Assembly: GCA_944371445.1 (NCBI GenBank)
Contig: CALVXR010000034.1
Span: 1-42,408 of the forward strand
Length of the DNA stretch: 42,408 nucleotides
Direction: 5' to 3'
From: an uncultured Bacilli bacterium
GTDB taxonomy: Bacteria; Bacillota_I; Bacilli_A; RF39; UBA660
Shown: in pieces, positions 7,771 to 17,069 of the stretch
Layout of the letters: each line of letters begins with the position of its first letter
Numbering within the stretch: position 1 is the stretch's first letter
The notes under the pieces: model-generated
Told to the model about the DNA's origin: nothing
The model's database searches: none
What the model saw: the letters and a program-made list of their open reading frames with translations, nothing else
Translations under genes and position numbers: made by a program

Positions 7771-8523
7771 ATGGATTTTAAAGATAAAGTAGTATTAGTT
7801 ACAGGTTCAGCAAAAGGTCTTGGAGCATCTATTATAGAAATGTTTGCATCTTTAAATGCTAATGTAGTAATTAATTATAATAGTAGTTTAAAAGAAGCTT
7901 TAGAATTAGAAAATAAAATAAAAGAAAAATATAATGTAAAAGTACTTAAAATAAAATGTGATATAACAAATGAATTAGAAGTTAAAAATATGGTAAATGA
8001 AATAATAGAAAAACTAGGTAAAATAGATATATTAGTAGGAAATGCAGGAATTACAATCGAAGATTTTTATGAAAACAAAACAGTTGAAAATTTTAAAAAA
8101 ACATTAAATACTAATTTACTTGGTAATTTTATAGTAACAAAAGAAGTTGCGTCTATAATGTATGAAAATAAAAGTGGAAGTATAGTTTATATATCTTCTA
8201 CTGATGGACTTACTTCTTTTTCACCCGTAAATGTTGATTATAATGCATCAAAAGCAGCACTTAATTCACTTACTCACGATATGGCAATAGCGTACGCTCC
8301 ATATGTTAGAGTAAATGCAGTGGCACCAGGTTTTATAGAAACAGATATGATAAAAATAGAAGATAAAGAAATGGAAGAAATGTTTGTAAAAGAAGAAAGT
8401 TCTAAAATATATTTAGGGAGATTTGCTAAAAAAGAAGAAATCGCAAGTGTAGTATGTTTTTTATCAAGTACGCTTGCTTCTTATATAAATAGTGAAATTA
8501 TTAAAGTAGATGGAGGAATGTAA
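7771..8523 (+). CDS. SDR-family oxidoreductase (FabG-like 3-oxoacyl reductase fold)
   Basis: TGSAKGLG dinucleotide-binding motif, NAG, and YNASKAA catalytic YxxxK. 250 aa. Confidence 0.85.
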   Translation: MDFKDKVVLVTGSAKGLGASIIEMFASLNANVVINYNSSLKEALELENKIKEKYNVKVLKIKCDITNELEVKNMVNEIIEKLGKIDILVGNAGITIEDFYENKTVENFKKTLNTNLLGNFIVTKEVASIMYENKSGSIVYISSTDGLTSFSPVNVDYNASKAALNSLTHDMAIAYAPYVRVNAVAPGFIETDMIKIEDKEMEEMFVKEESSKIYLGRFAKKEEIASVVCFLSSTLASYINSEIIKVDGGM

Positions 8524-8524
8524 T

Positions 8525-9754
8525 ATGGATATAAGAGAAATAATTGAAAAAGCAGAGATGGAGTGTTTAGAAGAATTTAATAAAATAGATAAAATATGTA
8601 TGAATAATAGTTTAAAAGTTTTAAAAGCTTTTCAAAATAATAATATAACAGATGCTCATTTTTCATCTACTACTGGTTATGGTTATGGAGATATAGGAAG
8701 AGATGCTATTGAAAAAGTATTTAGTGAAGTGTTAGGGGCAGAAGATTCTTTAGTTAGAAGTCAGTTTATATCAGGATCACATGCATTAACAGTTTGTTTA
8801 TTCGCACTTTTAAGACCAAATGATACTTTACTTAGTATAACAGGAAAACCATATGATACTTTAGATGAAGTAATAGGTATAAAAGAAAATAAAAGTTCTT
8901 TAAAATCGTTTAATATAAATTATAAACAAATTGATTTAATAAATAATGATTTTGATTATGAAAAAATAAAAGAAACTTTAAGTAGTGAAAAAATAAAAGT
9001 AATAGAAATTCAAAGATCTAAAGGTTATTCAACTAGAAAAAGTATAACAATAGATAAAGTTGCTAAAGTAATAGAAGAAATAAGAAAAATAGATAAAGAA
9101 GTTATTATTATGATAGACAACTGTTATTGTGAATTTGTAGAAGAAAAAAGTCCACTTGAAGTAGGTGCTGATGTTATAGTAGGATCACTTATTAAAAATT
9201 TAGGTGGAGGAATAGCTCCTAATGGTGCTTATATAGCAGGTAAAAAAGAACTTGTAGCTCTTGCTGCTGATAGACTTACTGTTCCAGGTGAAGGAAAAGA
9301 AGTAGGACCTACTCTTGGAATTAATAAAGCTATTTTACAAGGAATTTATATGGCACCTTCTGTAGTTAGAAATGCTTTAAAAATAGCTGTATTAACTAGT
9401 AAAGTCCTTGAAAATTTAGGATATAAAGTAGAACCAAAATATAACGATAAGAGAGCAGATATTGTTCAAAATATAGAGTTTGGTAATGAAAAAGATTTAG
9501 TTAATTTTACCCAAGGAATTCAACTTGGATCTGCAATTGATTCAAGTGCACTTCCTATGCCTTGGAATATGCCTGGATATGATGATAAAGTAATAATGGC
9601 ATCAGGCTCATTTACACAAGGTTCTTCTATAGAACTTTCTTGTGATGGACCAATAAGAGAACCATTTATAGCATATCTTCAAGGATCTCTTACTTATGAA
9701 TATGGTGTTTTAGGAATTATGAAAGCAGTTGAAAGATTATTAAATAATAAATAA
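8525..9754 (+). CDS. PLP-dependent Cys/Met-metabolism family protein, YnbB / 'aluminium resistance' type
   Basis: Overall resemblance to the Met-gamma-lyase-like YnbB family, recalled from memory. GGAGGA lies 7 nt before ATG 8525; the track start at 8510 overlaps the upstream gene. Confidence 0.7.
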   Translation: MDIREIIEKAEMECLEEFNKIDKICMNNSLKVLKAFQNNNITDAHFSSTTGYGYGDIGRDAIEKVFSEVLGAEDSLVRSQFISGSHALTVCLFALLRPNDTLLSITGKPYDTLDEVIGIKENKSSLKSFNINYKQIDLINNDFDYEKIKETLSSEKIKVIEIQRSKGYSTRKSITIDKVAKVIEEIRKIDKEVIIMIDNCYCEFVEEKSPLEVGADVIVGSLIKNLGGGIAPNGAYIAGKKELVALAADRLTVPGEGKEVGPTLGINKAILQGIYMAPSVVRNALKIAVLTSKVLENLGYKVEPKYNDKRADIVQNIEFGNEKDLVNFTQGIQLGSAIDSSALPMPWNMPGYDDKVIMASGSFTQGSSIELSCDGPIREPFIAYLQGSLTYEYGVLGIMKAVERLLNNK

Positions 9755-9839
9755 AATAATATGAATTATTTACTAAATAAATATAATAGTGTTATAATAA
9801 TAAATACTATGAAATTAATATATAGAAAGTAGTGAATAT

Positions 9840-12185
9840 ATGAATTTTAATTTTAAATTAGAACCTGGAAAAAAATTATTAAATGAATATAAATATCAAA
9901 AAAAAGAACCGCAAATATCGGTAATAATGCCATTTTATAATAGTAAAGAGTACATATATCAAACTATAAATTCAGTTTTAAATCAAACATACCCTTATTT
10001 TGAATTACTAATTATAAACGATGGCTCTACTGATAAAAAATCACTTGAACTTCTAAAAGATATAGAAAAATTAGATGATAGAATAAAAGTTTTCCATAAG
10101 AAAAATGGAGGGCTTGCTTCAGCTCGTGATTTTGGAATAAATAAATCAAGTGAAAATACGAAGTATATTTTTATTTTAGATGATGATGATTTAATAGATA
10201 AAACATATTTTGAAACATCTTATTTAACTTTAGAAACAAATAAAAAAGCATCTTGGGCATATGCAGATTCAGTTGGTTTTGATGCAATAGAATATGTATG
10301 GAATAAAAATTTTGATAGTGAACAAATGAAAAAAGAAAATCTTCTTGTTTCGTGTGCAATGATAAGAAAAGACGATTTATTAGATGTAGGCGGCTATGAA
10401 CTTAAAGAAAAAGCTGTGCATGAAGATTGGTATTTTTGGCTTAAAATGATAGAAAAAGGATACTACCCAGTACATATGAGTTATTATGCTTTTTGGTATA
10501 GAAGAAAAAAAGATTCTGGAGAAAATAATAGAGCTAAAGAAAATAGAAAAAGAGCTTTAGAGATAATAGATAATCAAGCAAAAAAAATCACTAAAAGAGT
10601 AAAACCTATTAATTATCCAAGAGAAAATTATAATTGGAATTTAATGAAGGAAGGTTTTGATAATGTAGTAATTCCAAAAAGAAAGAAAAATGGAAAAACA
10701 AATATTTTAATGGTTATCCCATGGATGATAATGGGCGGTGCTGATAAATTTAATTTAGATTTTTTAAGATTAATAGATAAAGAAAAATATTCAGTTACTT
10801 TAATATCAACACAACCAACAGAATATTTGTGGAGACAAAAATTTGAAGAAGAAGCTTTAGAAGTATTTGATATTACATCATTTTTAGACGAAGAATACTG
10901 GCCTGCTTTTATAAATTATATAATAGAAACAAGAAATATTGATTTATTTTTAAATACAAATTCAGTATTTGGATATGCGATTATACCTTATTTAAAAGCT
11001 AAACATCCTAATCTTCCTATAATGGATTATATTCATATGGAAGAATGGTATAATCGTAGTGGTGGATATTCTAGAGATAGCGCTAGTGTAAGTGACTTTA
11101 TAGATAAAACTTTATTTTGTAATAAATCATCAGAAAAAATATATAATTCTCACTTTGAAGTTTCCAACAAACAAACAGATACAGTATATATTGGAGTAGA
11201 TACAGATAAATTTGACCCAAATAATTATAACAATTTAGAACTTAGAGAAAAATATAATTTACCTAAAGATAAAACTATAGTAGGTTATATATGTAGACTT
11301 GCGCATCAAAAAAGACCGTTATTGTTTATAGAAATTATAAAAAAATATGTTAAAAATAATAATGATACTATTTTTATCATAGTAGGTGATGGTCCATTAG
11401 AACAAAATCTAAAAGATTTAGTTACAAGACATAGTTTAAATGATTATGTGATATTCTTAGGTAAATCTGATAAACCAGAAGAAATTTATGCTATGTGTGA
11501 TATAACTTTAAATTGCTCTATAAAAGAAGGTCTTGCACTAACAACTTATGAATCACTTTCAATGGGAGTTCCTGTTATATCTAGTGATGTTGGAGGACAA
11601 GGAGAACTTGTAAATGATAAAGTTGGAAAATTACTTCCACTTCTTCAAAAAGAAACGGAAATAGTTAATTTTAAATATGACGATGAAGAAATAAATTTAT
11701 ATGTAGATGCTATAAATGAAGTAAAAAATAATTTAGAAGAATTAAGTTCTAATGCAAGAAAAGAAATATTAAAAGGATTTACTTTAAATAATATGATAAA
11801 AAATATGGAAAGTGAAATTGATAATATAATTAAAAATCCGAGAAAAGAAGCTTATGAAAATGGGATTAATTTATCAAAAAACATGAAATTTGTTAAAGAA
11901 TATGTAAATTATTTCTTAACAGCTAATAAATATACATATTCATATCAGTGTATGGAATATAAAACAAAATATTATTTTGAAGATGATAGACCTTCATATA
12001 GAATTAAATTAGATAAAGTTATTTATAGATTAGAAATTATTTTTGATAAATTTCATTTATACAATGAATTCATTATACTTAGACAATTTGTAAAAAGCAT
12101 ATTAAAAGTATTTTTATCTATCTTTAGATTAATTAAATTAGAAGTAAAAAGAGTAATAAATTTATTTAGAAAGATATTTAAATAA
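9840..12185 (+). CDS. Bifunctional glycosyltransferase (N-terminal GT2, C-terminal GT4/GT-B)
   Basis: ISVIMPFYNS...INDGSTD...LDDDD indicates a GT-A fold. EGLALTTYESLSMGVPVISSDVGGQGELV indicates a GT-B fold. The C-terminus has an amphipathic/hydrophobic tail. Confidence 0.8.
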   Translation: MNFNFKLEPGKKLLNEYKYQKKEPQISVIMPFYNSKEYIYQTINSVLNQTYPYFELLIINDGSTDKKSLELLKDIEKLDDRIKVFHKKNGGLASARDFGINKSSENTKYIFILDDDDLIDKTYFETSYLTLETNKKASWAYADSVGFDAIEYVWNKNFDSEQMKKENLLVSCAMIRKDDLLDVGGYELKEKAVHEDWYFWLKMIEKGYYPVHMSYYAFWYRRKKDSGENNRAKENRKRALEIIDNQAKKITKRVKPINYPRENYNWNLMKEGFDNVVIPKRKKNGKTNILMVIPWMIMGGADKFNLDFLRLIDKEKYSVTLISTQPTEYLWRQKFEEEALEVFDITSFLDEEYWPAFINYIIETRNIDLFLNTNSVFGYAIIPYLKAKHPNLPIMDYIHMEEWYNRSGGYSRDSASVSDFIDKTLFCNKSSEKIYNSHFEVSNKQTDTVYIGVDTDKFDPNNYNNLELREKYNLPKDKTIVGYICRLAHQKRPLLFIEIIKKYVKNNNDTIFIIVGDGPLEQNLKDLVTRHSLNDYVIFLGKSDKPEEIYAMCDITLNCSIKEGLALTTYESLSMGVPVISSDVGGQGELVNDKVGKLLPLLQKETEIVNFKYDDEEINLYVDAINEVKNNLEELSSNARKEILKGFTLNNMIKNMESEIDNIIKNPRKEAYENGINLSKNMKFVKEYVNYFLTANKYTYSYQCMEYKTKYYFEDDRPSYRIKLDKVIYRLEIIFDKFHLYNEFIILRQFVKSILKVFLSIFRLIKLEVKRVINLFRKIFK

Positions 12186-12186
12186 T

Positions 12187-13656
12187 ATGTTAGACAAATT
12201 AAAGACAAATTTTAAAAAGAATAAAAACATATATTTAGTTTTATTTATAATTACTCTGGCTTTTACTATAATTTTTGCTCAAGATAGATATGCTGCTGAT
12301 ACTTACTATATGGAAAGTTTCGGTCTTAAAAATAATGCTATAAATCCATATTTACATGATGGTAGATTTGTAATGACTTTATTTTTATACATAATTTCTT
12401 ATCTACCTATTTCAATGTATAAAGTAAAACTTATATCTTTTATACTTGCGTTTATAAGTTTATTTATTAGTGAAATAATCATTTATAATATATTATGCAA
12501 ATATAAGAAAGACAAAATAGTAAACATAATTGCATCTATTATGCTTATACTAAGTATTTTTGTAGTAGAACTTTTCTATTTTACAGAATATACTGGTGTA
12601 ACAACCTTTAGTATTTTACTTATTGTTATTAGTACTAATTTTCTATTAAAATACTTTGAAACAAAAAATAAGAAAAATTTAATTATGGTTTTTATACCAT
12701 CTATAATAACAGCATTTTGTTATCAAGGTACAATATCACTACTTATTATTTTACCTATCTTATTTGTGCTTAAATATTCTAAAAATTTAAAAGAATTTAT
12801 AATTAATAATATTATAATTGCATTTAATTATGCACTTCCATCTATAACAACATTAATAGTATCTAAAATAGCAGGTGCTACTAGAATAAGCGGAGAAGTA
12901 AATCTTAAAGAATCTTTTATTAAAATAATAGAAGGAACTAAAAATTTATTAATAACAAGCGCATTAATAATACCTAATTATGTATACATAACAATCTTTG
13001 GAATATTAATATTAATTTTAATATTTATAATGTATAATAAAAAAAGTGAAATATATAAATATTTGTTTCTAATATACATTATTTTAGCAGTAATAATAGT
13101 TCCAATAGTTCCATATTTTATAGTTAATACTAATAATATATGGATGGTTCCAAGAAGTACAATTGGTCTTGGATTACTTATAGTGATTCCTTTAGCATTT
13201 TATATAGTATATATTAAAGAAAATAAAAAATATAATACAGCGTTTATTTTTATAACCTCCATTTATTTAATAATAGAACTTATTGGATGGAATACAATAG
13301 TTGTTAATCAAATAAAAAATAATGGATTAGAAAAATATGAAACAGATTATATAATAAGAAAAATAAATAAATATGAAACAGAAAATAATGAAAAAATAAA
13401 AAAATTAGTAATGTATCCAGATAAAGGAATGGTATATAATTATCCAAATGTTAAAATGACAGGGGATATGAATGCTAGAAATGTTATGATTGATTGGTCA
13501 TTTAAACCAGCATTATCTATGTATTTAGGTAGAAGTATTACTGATGGAGATGATAATAAAAAAATAAAAGAATATTGTTCAAAAAATAATTGGGACAATA
13601 TTGCTGATGAACAATTTAAGTTTGTAGATGATACACTTTATATTTGTAAATATTAA
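12187..13656 (+). CDS. Polytopic membrane protein, possible GT-C-type glycosyltransferase or polymerase
   Basis: Starts 1 nt after the glycosyltransferase stop. More than 10 hydrophobic segments. Asp-containing first loop (AQDRYAADTYY) and a soluble C-terminal domain. The function is inferred only. Confidence 0.5.
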   Translation: MLDKLKTNFKKNKNIYLVLFIITLAFTIIFAQDRYAADTYYMESFGLKNNAINPYLHDGRFVMTLFLYIISYLPISMYKVKLISFILAFISLFISEIIIYNILCKYKKDKIVNIIASIMLILSIFVVELFYFTEYTGVTTFSILLIVISTNFLLKYFETKNKKNLIMVFIPSIITAFCYQGTISLLIILPILFVLKYSKNLKEFIINNIIIAFNYALPSITTLIVSKIAGATRISGEVNLKESFIKIIEGTKNLLITSALIIPNYVYITIFGILILILIFIMYNKKSEIYKYLFLIYIILAVIIVPIVPYFIVNTNNIWMVPRSTIGLGLLIVIPLAFYIVYIKENKKYNTAFIFITSIYLIIELIGWNTIVVNQIKNNGLEKYETDYIIRKINKYETENNEKIKKLVMYPDKGMVYNYPNVKMTGDMNARNVMIDWSFKPALSMYLGRSITDGDDNKKIKEYCSKNNWDNIADEQFKFVDDTLYICKY

Positions 13657-13679
13657 AAAGCTATTATTAAGCTTTTTTT
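13655..13679 (+). terminator. Intrinsic terminator
   Basis: AAAAAGCT / AGCTTTTT stem followed by a T-run. Confidence 0.6.
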
Positions 13680-13680
13680 A

Positions 13681-13709
13681 TTGTCAATAAATAGTTAAAA
13701 TGTTATAAT
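13681..13709 (+). promoter_or_regulatory. Sigma-A-type promoter
   Basis: TTGTCA, 17-nt spacer, TATAAT, with a TGn extension (TGTTATAAT). Confidence 0.55.
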
Positions 13710-13742
13710 AGAAACTGTTTTAAAATGATGGGGGATATATTT

Positions 13743-14444
13743 ATGAGAAAGATGAAAAAATTGTATATATATAGAAAAGATATTTATTTTATTATTATAT
13801 TAATATTATTATTAATTAATATTATTTTTACAAGCTCTAAAAAACATGAACAAGAATTGTTAATGAAAAATCCTTATGATATAAAAGTAACAGAATATGA
13901 TAATTTTGTTTTTTTAGGAGATTCTATAACAGACTGGTATGCATTTGACGAATTTTACGATAATATTCCCGTAGTAAATAGTGGAGTAGCTGGAAATAAA
14001 ACTACTGATATTTTAGATAATATAGAAAATAGAGTAGGTGTATATAATCCAACTAAAGTATTTTTGCTTATTGGAACAAATGATATTGGTGAGAGAACTC
14101 CTAAAGAAATAGTTAATAATATTGGTAAAATAGTAAATAAAATAAGAAAGATAAGACCAAAAACTAAAATATATATAGAATCATTATTACCTGTTAATAA
14201 TTCTGATGATAGTAAAGTAAACAAAGAGACGGTTAGAGAAAGAACTAATAAAGAAATAGAAGAAATTAATAAATTATTAAAAGAATACTGTGATAAAAAC
14301 AAAATTACTTATATAAATACTTATGATGAATTTGTTAGTGAAGATAATCAAATGGACTTAAAATATACAACTGATGGTTTGCATTTATCTAATTTAGGTT
14401 ATTTACATTTAACTAAAATATTGTTACCATATTTAAATGAATAG
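13743..14444 (+). CDS. Membrane-anchored SGNH/GDSL hydrolase
   Basis: N-terminal TM helix. Block I FLGDSITDW, block III GTNDI, block V DGLHLS. GGGGGA RBS 7 nt before ATG 13743. Confidence 0.8.
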   Translation: MRKMKKLYIYRKDIYFIIILILLLINIIFTSSKKHEQELLMKNPYDIKVTEYDNFVFLGDSITDWYAFDEFYDNIPVVNSGVAGNKTTDILDNIENRVGVYNPTKVFLLIGTNDIGERTPKEIVNNIGKIVNKIRKIRPKTKIYIESLLPVNNSDDSKVNKETVRERTNKEIEEINKLLKEYCDKNKITYINTYDEFVSEDNQMDLKYTTDGLHLSNLGYLHLTKILLPYLNE

Positions 14445-14453
14445 GGTGGTTTT

Positions 14454-15533
14454 ATGAAAACAAGAGTAAAGTATTGTGACGCACTTAGATTTATCGCAAT
14501 CGCATCTGTTATATTAATTCACGTTTTAGCAGATTTTAGAGATTATTATTTAATAAATTATAAGCCAAATTATTTTTTTCTTACCTGTTTGGATACTTTT
14601 ACCAGAATGGGTGTACCATTATTTTTAATGTTTACAGGTATTTTTATGTTTAATGATAAAAAAAAATATACTTATAAAGAATTTATAAGAAAAAGAATCC
14701 CAAAATTATTGTTTCCTTTCATAATTATTTCTTTTATTTATTATATATATGAGATGATTAAAATAAAAGGGAATTTTTCTATAATAAACTTTATTTCATT
14801 ATTTACAACTAATGGAATTAAATATCATTTTTGGTATATGTATACTATTATTTGTATATATTTGTTAATACCATATTTAAAATCATTTATTCAAAAATTA
14901 ACTAAAAAAGATGTAGAAAGATTAATTTTAATAAATTTCTTAATGGGAAATACTTTGTTAACATTAATGCATTTGTTTAGTATTATTAATATAAATATGT
15001 TTTCAGCATTTTATTTTCCTAATTTTATTATTTATATTAATTATCTATTTTTAGGATATTATTTATATAAATATGAAATAAATAAAAAATTAACAACAAT
15101 ACTCTATAAATTATCCTTTATATCAATAATATTAATGCCAATTCTTGATTATATAATGACTAAAGATGTAAGAACAGATTCATTTTTAACTGTAACATCA
15201 ATGTTTCCTTTTATAATAACAACATATTTCTTTATATTTATAAAAGAAAATTATGATAAATTAAAAATAAATCCAAAAATAGAATCATTTTTTATAAAAA
15301 GTGCTTCACTTACTTTTTATATTTATATGTTTCATGTCATAGTAATGGAACTTATAAAAAAAGTAATGATGAGAATATTTGTTCCAACAAGATTTTTAGA
15401 AAATATAATTTTTATTATAATAGAATATATTTTAACATTTGTATTTTCTTATTTTATTTCAATAATATTTGATAAAGTATATGAAAATATAATAAATATA
15501 GTAGTTAACAAGAAAAGTTCTAAAAACACTTGA
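14454..15533 (+). CDS. Acyltransferase family 3 (AT3) membrane O-acyltransferase
   Basis: About 10 TM segments. The N-terminal LRFIAIASVILIHV motif is typical of Acyl_transf_3. No SGNH domain is fused. Confidence 0.8.
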   Translation: MKTRVKYCDALRFIAIASVILIHVLADFRDYYLINYKPNYFFLTCLDTFTRMGVPLFLMFTGIFMFNDKKKYTYKEFIRKRIPKLLFPFIIISFIYYIYEMIKIKGNFSIINFISLFTTNGIKYHFWYMYTIICIYLLIPYLKSFIQKLTKKDVERLILINFLMGNTLLTLMHLFSIININMFSAFYFPNFIIYINYLFLGYYLYKYEINKKLTTILYKLSFISIILMPILDYIMTKDVRTDSFLTVTSMFPFIITTYFFIFIKENYDKLKINPKIESFFIKSASLTFYIYMFHVIVMELIKKVMMRIFVPTRFLENIIFIIIEYILTFVFSYFISIIFDKVYENIINIVVNKKSSKNT

Positions 15534-15558
15534 CAAAGTATATAATTATATGTAAAAT
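15530..15558 (+). promoter_or_regulatory. Promoter of the infC operon
   Basis: TTGACA (15530-15535), 17-nt spacer, TAAAAT (15553-15558). Confidence 0.6.
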
Positions 15559-15559
15559 A

Positions 15560-15700
15560 TATGAGGAAATCAAAAAGGAAAGAAGAAGTATCCACTTCTC
15601 ACCCGATTGCACATTAGCTTTGGGTTTATGCCGATTTAATACATTTTTTTAGTGTTATAAATAGGTAAAGTGGGTACAATGTATCTACTTTTTTGTATAT
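15560..15700 (+). promoter_or_regulatory. L20 leader (ribosomal-protein autoregulatory attenuator)
   Basis: Position upstream of infC-rpmI-rplT matches other Firmicutes. Long structured leader ending in a terminator: AAAGUGGGUAC / GUAUCUACUUU (with 2 G-U pairs) plus a U-run at 15667-15694. Confidence 0.6.
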
Positions 15701-15715
15701 TTGGAGGTGTCGCAT

Positions 15716-16246
15716 ATCGCAAATAAAGACAAAAATTTGTTTATAAATGAACAGATTAGGGCAAAAGAAGTAATGGTTATTGGACCAAATGGAGAACAAC
15801 TTGGAGTAAAACCAATAAAGGATGCATTAACACTTGCATCATATGCTGGATTTGATTTAGTTTTAATGAATCCAAACGCAAAACCAGCAGTATGTAAAAT
15901 TATGGATTACAACAAATACAAGTACGAAAGTAAAAAGAAAGCCAAAGAAAATCTGAAAAAGCAAAGAGAAGCTAATTTAGATTTAAAAGAATATAGACTT
16001 TCTGTTAATATTGATGTTCATGATTTTGATACAAGAGTAAGAAATGCATCAAAATATTTAGAAAAAGGTCACAAAGTAAAAGTTCAAATTCGTTTTAAAG
16101 GAAGAGAGCTTGCACATACTGATCTTGGAAAAGAAGTATTACTTCGATTTGCACGTGCGGTAGAAGATATCGCTGATGTAGAAAAAGCACCAGTTTTAGA
16201 TGGACGCTTTATGTCAATGATATTAGCAAAGAAAAAAGAAAAGTAG
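15716..16246 (+). CDS. infC: Translation initiation factor IF-3
   Basis: INEQIRAKEVMVIGPNGEQLGV and C-domain motifs. Probable non-AUG start ATC 15716, 6 nt after GGAGGTG. The track start TTG 15701 overlaps that SD and is the alternative. Confidence 0.9.
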   Translation: MANKDKNLFINEQIRAKEVMVIGPNGEQLGVKPIKDALTLASYAGFDLVLMNPNAKPAVCKIMDYNKYKYESKKKAKENLKKQREANLDLKEYRLSVNIDVHDFDTRVRNASKYLEKGHKVKVQIRFKGRELAHTDLGKEVLLRFARAVEDIADVEKAPVLDGRFMSMILAKKKEK

Positions 16247-16258
16247 GAGGAATAAAAT

Positions 16259-16447
16259 ATGCCAAAATTAAAAACACATAAAGGTACTGCTAAAGTATGT
16301 AAAGTAAGACCTGGTGGAACAGTTAAAATTGGAACACCTGGTTCAAGACACAATACAGGAAAGAAAAATGCTGCAAGTAATAGAAAATGCAGAAAAGGAT
16401 CTAATTTAAGTAAATCAGATTACAAAAGAATTAAAGAAATTATGTAA
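16259..16447 (+). CDS. rpmI: 50S ribosomal protein L35
   Basis: MPKLKTHKG N-terminus, 62 aa, GGAGGA RBS. Confidence 0.95.
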   Translation: MPKLKTHKGTAKVCKVRPGGTVKIGTPGSRHNTGKKNAASNRKCRKGSNLSKSDYKRIKEIM

Positions 16448-16464
16448 TATAAGGAGGAAAAAAC

Positions 16465-16998
16465 ATGCCAAGAGTTAAAAATGGAACAATTCATCGTGCT
16501 AGAAGAAAAAAAGTATTAAAACAAGCTAAAGGTTACTTTGGAAGTAAACATAGATTATATAAAACAGCTAAAGAACAAGTAATGAATTCACTTGCTTATG
16601 CTTATAGAGATAGAAGACAAAAGAAAAGAGATTTCAGAAAATTATGGATTACAAGAATTAATGCTGGATGTAGAGAAAACGAAATCAGTTATTCTAAATT
16701 CATAAACGGGCTTTCAAAAGCTGGTGTAGAAATCAATAGAAAAATGCTTTCTGAAATAGCTATTGAAAATCCTAAAGCATTTACAGAACTTGTTAATGTT
16801 GCTAAAAATGCGCTAGAAGGAAAAACTGTTAAAAAAGAAACAAAAGAAGTAAAAGAAACTAAAAAAGAAGTAAAAGAAGAAAAAACAACTGATTATTCAA
16901 AAATGACAGTAGCAGAACTTCGTGAAGTAGCAAAAGAACAAAATGTAGCTGGATATAGTACAATGAAAAAAGCAGAATTATTAGCTGCTATAAAATAG
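16465..16998 (+). CDS. rplT: 50S ribosomal protein L20 with a roughly 59-aa C-terminal extension
   Basis: MPRVKNG...RARRKK...[21 protein letters not shown] core. 177 aa, against about 118 aa typical. Confidence 0.95.
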   Translation: MPRVKNGTIHRARRKKVLKQAKGYFGSKHRLYKTAKEQVMNSLAYAYRDRRQKKRDFRKLWITRINAGCRENEISYSKFINGLSKAGVEINRKMLSEIAIENPKAFTELVNVAKNALEGKTVKKETKEVKETKKEVKEEKTTDYSKMTVAELREVAKEQNVAGYSTMKKAELLAAIK

Positions 16999-17016
16999 TC
17001 TTAGGACTATTTTTTT
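16994..17016 (+). terminator. Intrinsic terminator after rplT
   Basis: AATAGTC / GACTATT stem followed by a T-run. Confidence 0.6.
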
Positions 17017-17017
17017 A

Positions 17018-17045
17018 TTGACATTAAAGAAAAATAATATATAAT
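17018..17045 (+). promoter_or_regulatory. Sigma-A-type promoter
   Basis: TTGACA, 16-nt spacer, TATAAT. Confidence 0.5.
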
Positions 17046-17069
17046 ATTGATAACTAAGGGGGATTTTAT

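Noticed and set aside
10171-10359. A short minus-strand ORF inside the glycosyltransferase gene. Similar ones occur at 13955-14302, 16084-16353, 17549-17749, 20746-20961, 23216-23443, 33788-34021 (+), 36523-36747, 36787-37029, 38321-38626 and 39947-40237.
   Set aside because: All lie within, or antisense to, better-supported genes. They have AT-rich low-complexity translations and lack ribosome-binding sites.
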